A DNA stretch of 63,922 nt, filler included, from Diploschistes diacapsis (Eukaryota), in NCBI GenBank assembly GCA_023645945.1. It is 10 parts of 10 records of this genome, joined end to end, with 100 filler letters (N's around TTAATTAATTAA, not from the genome) between each part and the next. Parts side by side here need not be neighbours in the genome. Positions count along the whole stretch, not along the records: positions 59,873 to 63,922 come from JALAIB010001791.1; 9 more parts are not named here. One strand, 5' to 3'. Position numbers and translations under genes: made by a program. Below, piece after piece: positions 60,772 to 63,922 of this stretch. The notes beneath the pieces were generated by a model that ran no database searches, was not told where the DNA came from, and saw only the letters and a program-made list of their open reading frames with translations. Within the stretch, counting starts at the first letter, position 1, and each line of letters opens with the position of its first letter.

Positions 60772-63691
60772 ATGGCTGCGCAGCTGCGACAGCCGACGCC
60801 GCCAAATGGCCTTCATCCTCACCATGTTCCGCCAGGAGCTCACTCCCAGATCAACGGCCATATACCCATGCATCAGCCTCCACGAGCGACACCTCAGCAT
60901 CTGAGCCAGCTTAATGAGGCCGTCTGGATCTCGATAGGTTTATTTATTACCACTCCTTGCAGTTTCTTGAACTAATGGTTGAAAGGAAACGTCACCGAAC
61001 TCATAGGCGATCTGGATGGCGCGATCAACGCGTACGAACAGGCTCTGCGCCACAATCAATATTCCGTCACCGCAATGAATCAGATCTCCGCCATTCTCCG
61101 CACAAAGGAAAACTTTCCCAAGGCTGTGGAGTACCTGCAGGCGATACTGAAACTCGACGGAAACAACGGTGACGTTTGGGGTAGTCTTGGTATGTACGAG
61201 CGTGGATCCGTATCTGGAGAGCTATTAAACTTTTGCAGGTCACTGCTTTCTCATGATGGAAGATTTGCAGCAAGCTTACAGCGCCTACCAGCAGGCGCTG
61301 TATCATTTGAGAGATCCCCAGGTAGGGCTAAGACGAAATGGTATGGAAGGGAACCAGCCGGCTGACGCGTGTCTTTCGAGGAGCCTAAACTGTGGTATGG
61401 TATCGGCATTCTCTACGACCGCTATGGGTCTCTCGAGCATGCCGAAGAAGCCTTTTCGCAAGTCATGCGGATGCAGCCGGATTTCGAGAAGGCCAATGAG
61501 ATCTACTTCCGACTTGGCATAATCTACAAACAGCAGCAAAAGTTTAACCAGAGTTTGGAGGTAAGTTTTGTTGGGATGATTGCATTGGCGCGGTCCCGGG
61601 CTCATTTACGTTCTAGTGCTTCAAGTACATTGTCCAAGATCCGCCAAGGCCGCTAACAGAGGAGGATATCTGGTTCCAAATCGGACATGTTCATGAACAG
61701 CAAAAGGACGTGAGTCCATATCCCCAGCCGATCCGCTAGCTTTCCTGATGCATCCGTAGTATGACTCTGCCAAAGCCGCATACCGCCGCGTCTTGGATCG
61801 TGACCCCACACATGCGAAGGTATTGCAGCAGCTCGGCTGGTTGCATCACCAGCAGAGCACCTCCTTCAGCAGCCAGGAGCAAGCCATCGAGTACCTCGAG
61901 AAGTCGGTAAGCGCAGGTAAGTATCGTGTTGTTGTCAGACGCGGTGTGCACCTTTTGACCCGTTTCAGATAATACCGATGCACAGAGCTGGTACCTGCTT
62001 GGCAGGTGCTACATGTCGCAGCAGAAGTATTCAAAGGCGTACGAGGCATATCAGCAAGCGGTCTATCGCGATGGCCGTAACCCAACGTTCTGGTGCTCGA
62101 TCGGTGTTCTCTACTATCAAATCAACCAGTACCGGGATGCTCTCGACGCCTATTCAAGGGCTATTAGGCTGAATCCGTACATCTCGGAGGTCTGGTATGA
62201 CCTCGGAACCTTGGTGAGTCTTGCTTTATCGTCCCTCGCAAAGCGGGGTGGTTTCTGATCCATTGCCAGTACGAGTCCTGTAACAACCAAACTACCGATG
62301 CGCTTGACGCGTATCAGCGAGCAGCCGACCTTGACCCCGGCAACGTGCATATCAAAGCTAGACTGCAACTGTTGAGGGACAATCGGGAGAGGGGCATCCC
62401 GACGCAGCAAGCAGCGCCACCGCCACAGGATGTGCATCCTCAGCATTACCAAGGGCCAAGCGTAGCTGGGCCGCCCGGTCCTCAATGGAATGTCCAACCT
62501 CCGCACGGGCCACCAACCCAGGCGCCTCCTCCTGTGGGCGCAGATTGGAGCCAACGTCTTGCGGCTATCGAACACCCACCACAAGCACGCAATCACTATG
62601 ATCAGCGGGACCAAATGAGGGGTCCGCCGCCGCCGCCGCCGCCGCCTCCTCCGCCACCGGCGCGGCAACCAAGTCCACGCCAAGAGCAGCTAAGGCACTA
62701 TCATGATCAGTCCCGGGGTGCTCCCATCCGTCGACCGTCACCACCGCCTGTGCAAAGTCATCCTGGGGCGAGTCCTTACCCAGGGCCGCCGAATCTCCAA
62801 CCACCCCAGGCACCGCCCACCCGGATCTCCAATCCTAATTATGGCAATGCTCCTCATCCCGGAATGGCAACTCCTCCCGCAGGTCATCGTTTGCCTATGC
62901 CGCCTCCCGGCCGTGGACACACTCCACCTCCCGATATCAAGCCCATCGCCGACGAAAGAGTCAGCTCGCCCGCTGTAGGGGGTTTGCCGCACATGCACCC
63001 CCGTGGTGGCCATATGGGCTACCAGCAGTCTCCGATGGCCGTCGGTGGGCCACCGCCTTCGTCGTACCCAAGCTCTGATCCGATGGCGGGGCGCGAGAGA
63101 GACGAGAGGCCTTCCACCGGCTTCAAGAGGGCTGCCGAACTGGACGACGACTACAGAATGTCGAACAAGAAGCCTGCGAATGGAGATAGCAGAGGCAGGC
63201 TGGAGGACACTGGTTATCGCCGCGGGTCCCCGGTCGATCGAGCCATCTCGCCACGTCACCAGAGGCGAAGCTCGTCGGAGATCCGTCGCGAGCAGGCGAA
63301 TCAAAACTACCATCCATCCGAGGCGGCCCATCACCCTCCAACTCTGCCTGCGCTCCAACAGCCTCCACTGCCGCCTCCACCCTCGTCCCATCAACAACTT
63401 CCTCTACCGCCCCAGCACCATCAGCCTCCACCGCAGCCGCAACCAACCCCACAGCAGGAGCAGCCTCATCCGCTCCCACCGCCTCAGCAACAACACCTAC
63501 CGCCCATGAGCGAGGCGCCGCGTGACGAGCGCAAAGAGACTTACGACGAGGGCCCTAGGAGGAAGATGGACGTCGACGAAGATTACGACGACGCTGGCGA
63601 GGATGACAAGAGGGTCAATGGTCCCGCCGGCCGTGCCTCCCCTTCGCGTCCGCTCATCAACGGGCAGCCAAAGGTGGAGCCAGGGCAATAG
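60772..63691 (+). CDS. SSN6: General transcriptional corepressor Ssn6/Cyc8 (TPR repeats, 7 introns)
   Basis: LNEAVWISIG, AYSAYQQALYHL, EPKLWYGIGILYDRYGS, KAYEAYQQAVYRDGRNPTFWCSIGVLYYQINQY; Pro/Gln-rich C-terminus with RKMDVDEDYDD. Confidence 0.95.
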
Positions 63692-63922
63692 GGCACTTGG
63701 TTTCGTTTCGTGCTGTGCGGTGGCCGTCCAAAGCTATTTCCAAATAAAAATTAACATGATATGAGTGGACGGCTTGCGGAGCGTCGCAGCCCCCTTTCTT
63801 CGGTCGAAGACTATTCATTTCCGTCCGCCCAACTCACCGTGTCGAGCCTCTCGAGCCCTCTAGATCAGAGATGGTTCGGGAGAGGTGAAGGTCTAGTTCT
63901 GGTTTGACCACTAAGTTTTACC

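Noticed and set aside
26743..63691. Apparent cluster of chromatin regulators (DOT1, SPP1, SSN6) near the transposon dioxygenase
   Set aside because: They lie on separate unlinked contigs; the proximity is a product of concatenation.

Overview
Eukaryotic DNA, mostly from a filamentous ascomycete (short spliceosomal introns, strong RIP signature in repeats). The window is 10 unlinked contigs joined by artificial 100-nt linkers (44 N + TTAATTAATTAA + 44 N), so nothing can be inferred across linkers. Recognisable genes: mitochondrial Trp-tRNA synthetase, YANK/STK32-type AGC kinase, ATG16, DOT1, EFR3, SPP1, SEC39, an intronless OPT transporter, Hsp31/DJ-1 glyoxalase and SSN6/CYC8, plus two indel-decayed pseudogenes. 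Repeats: a RIP-mutated Copia element with three further copies of its LTR, Fot1/pogo transposon ends and two small MITEs. Two observations stand out. (1) Two diverged RIP-mutated copies (8352-12417 on -, 20847-24903 on +) together reconstruct a Gypsy-type LTR retrotransposon carrying a ~910-codon extra ORF between pol and the 3' LTR; after reversing RIP by hand it reads as a PhyH-like 2-oxoglutarate/Fe(II) dioxygenase with a Cys/His motif and an acidic tail. (2) A compositionally foreign, CpG-poor contig (16683-20746) holds a decayed viral-type D5 primase-helicase between perfect 26-bp inverted repeats, with iteron-like repeats nearby. All family calls come from motif recognition by eye; no searches were run.
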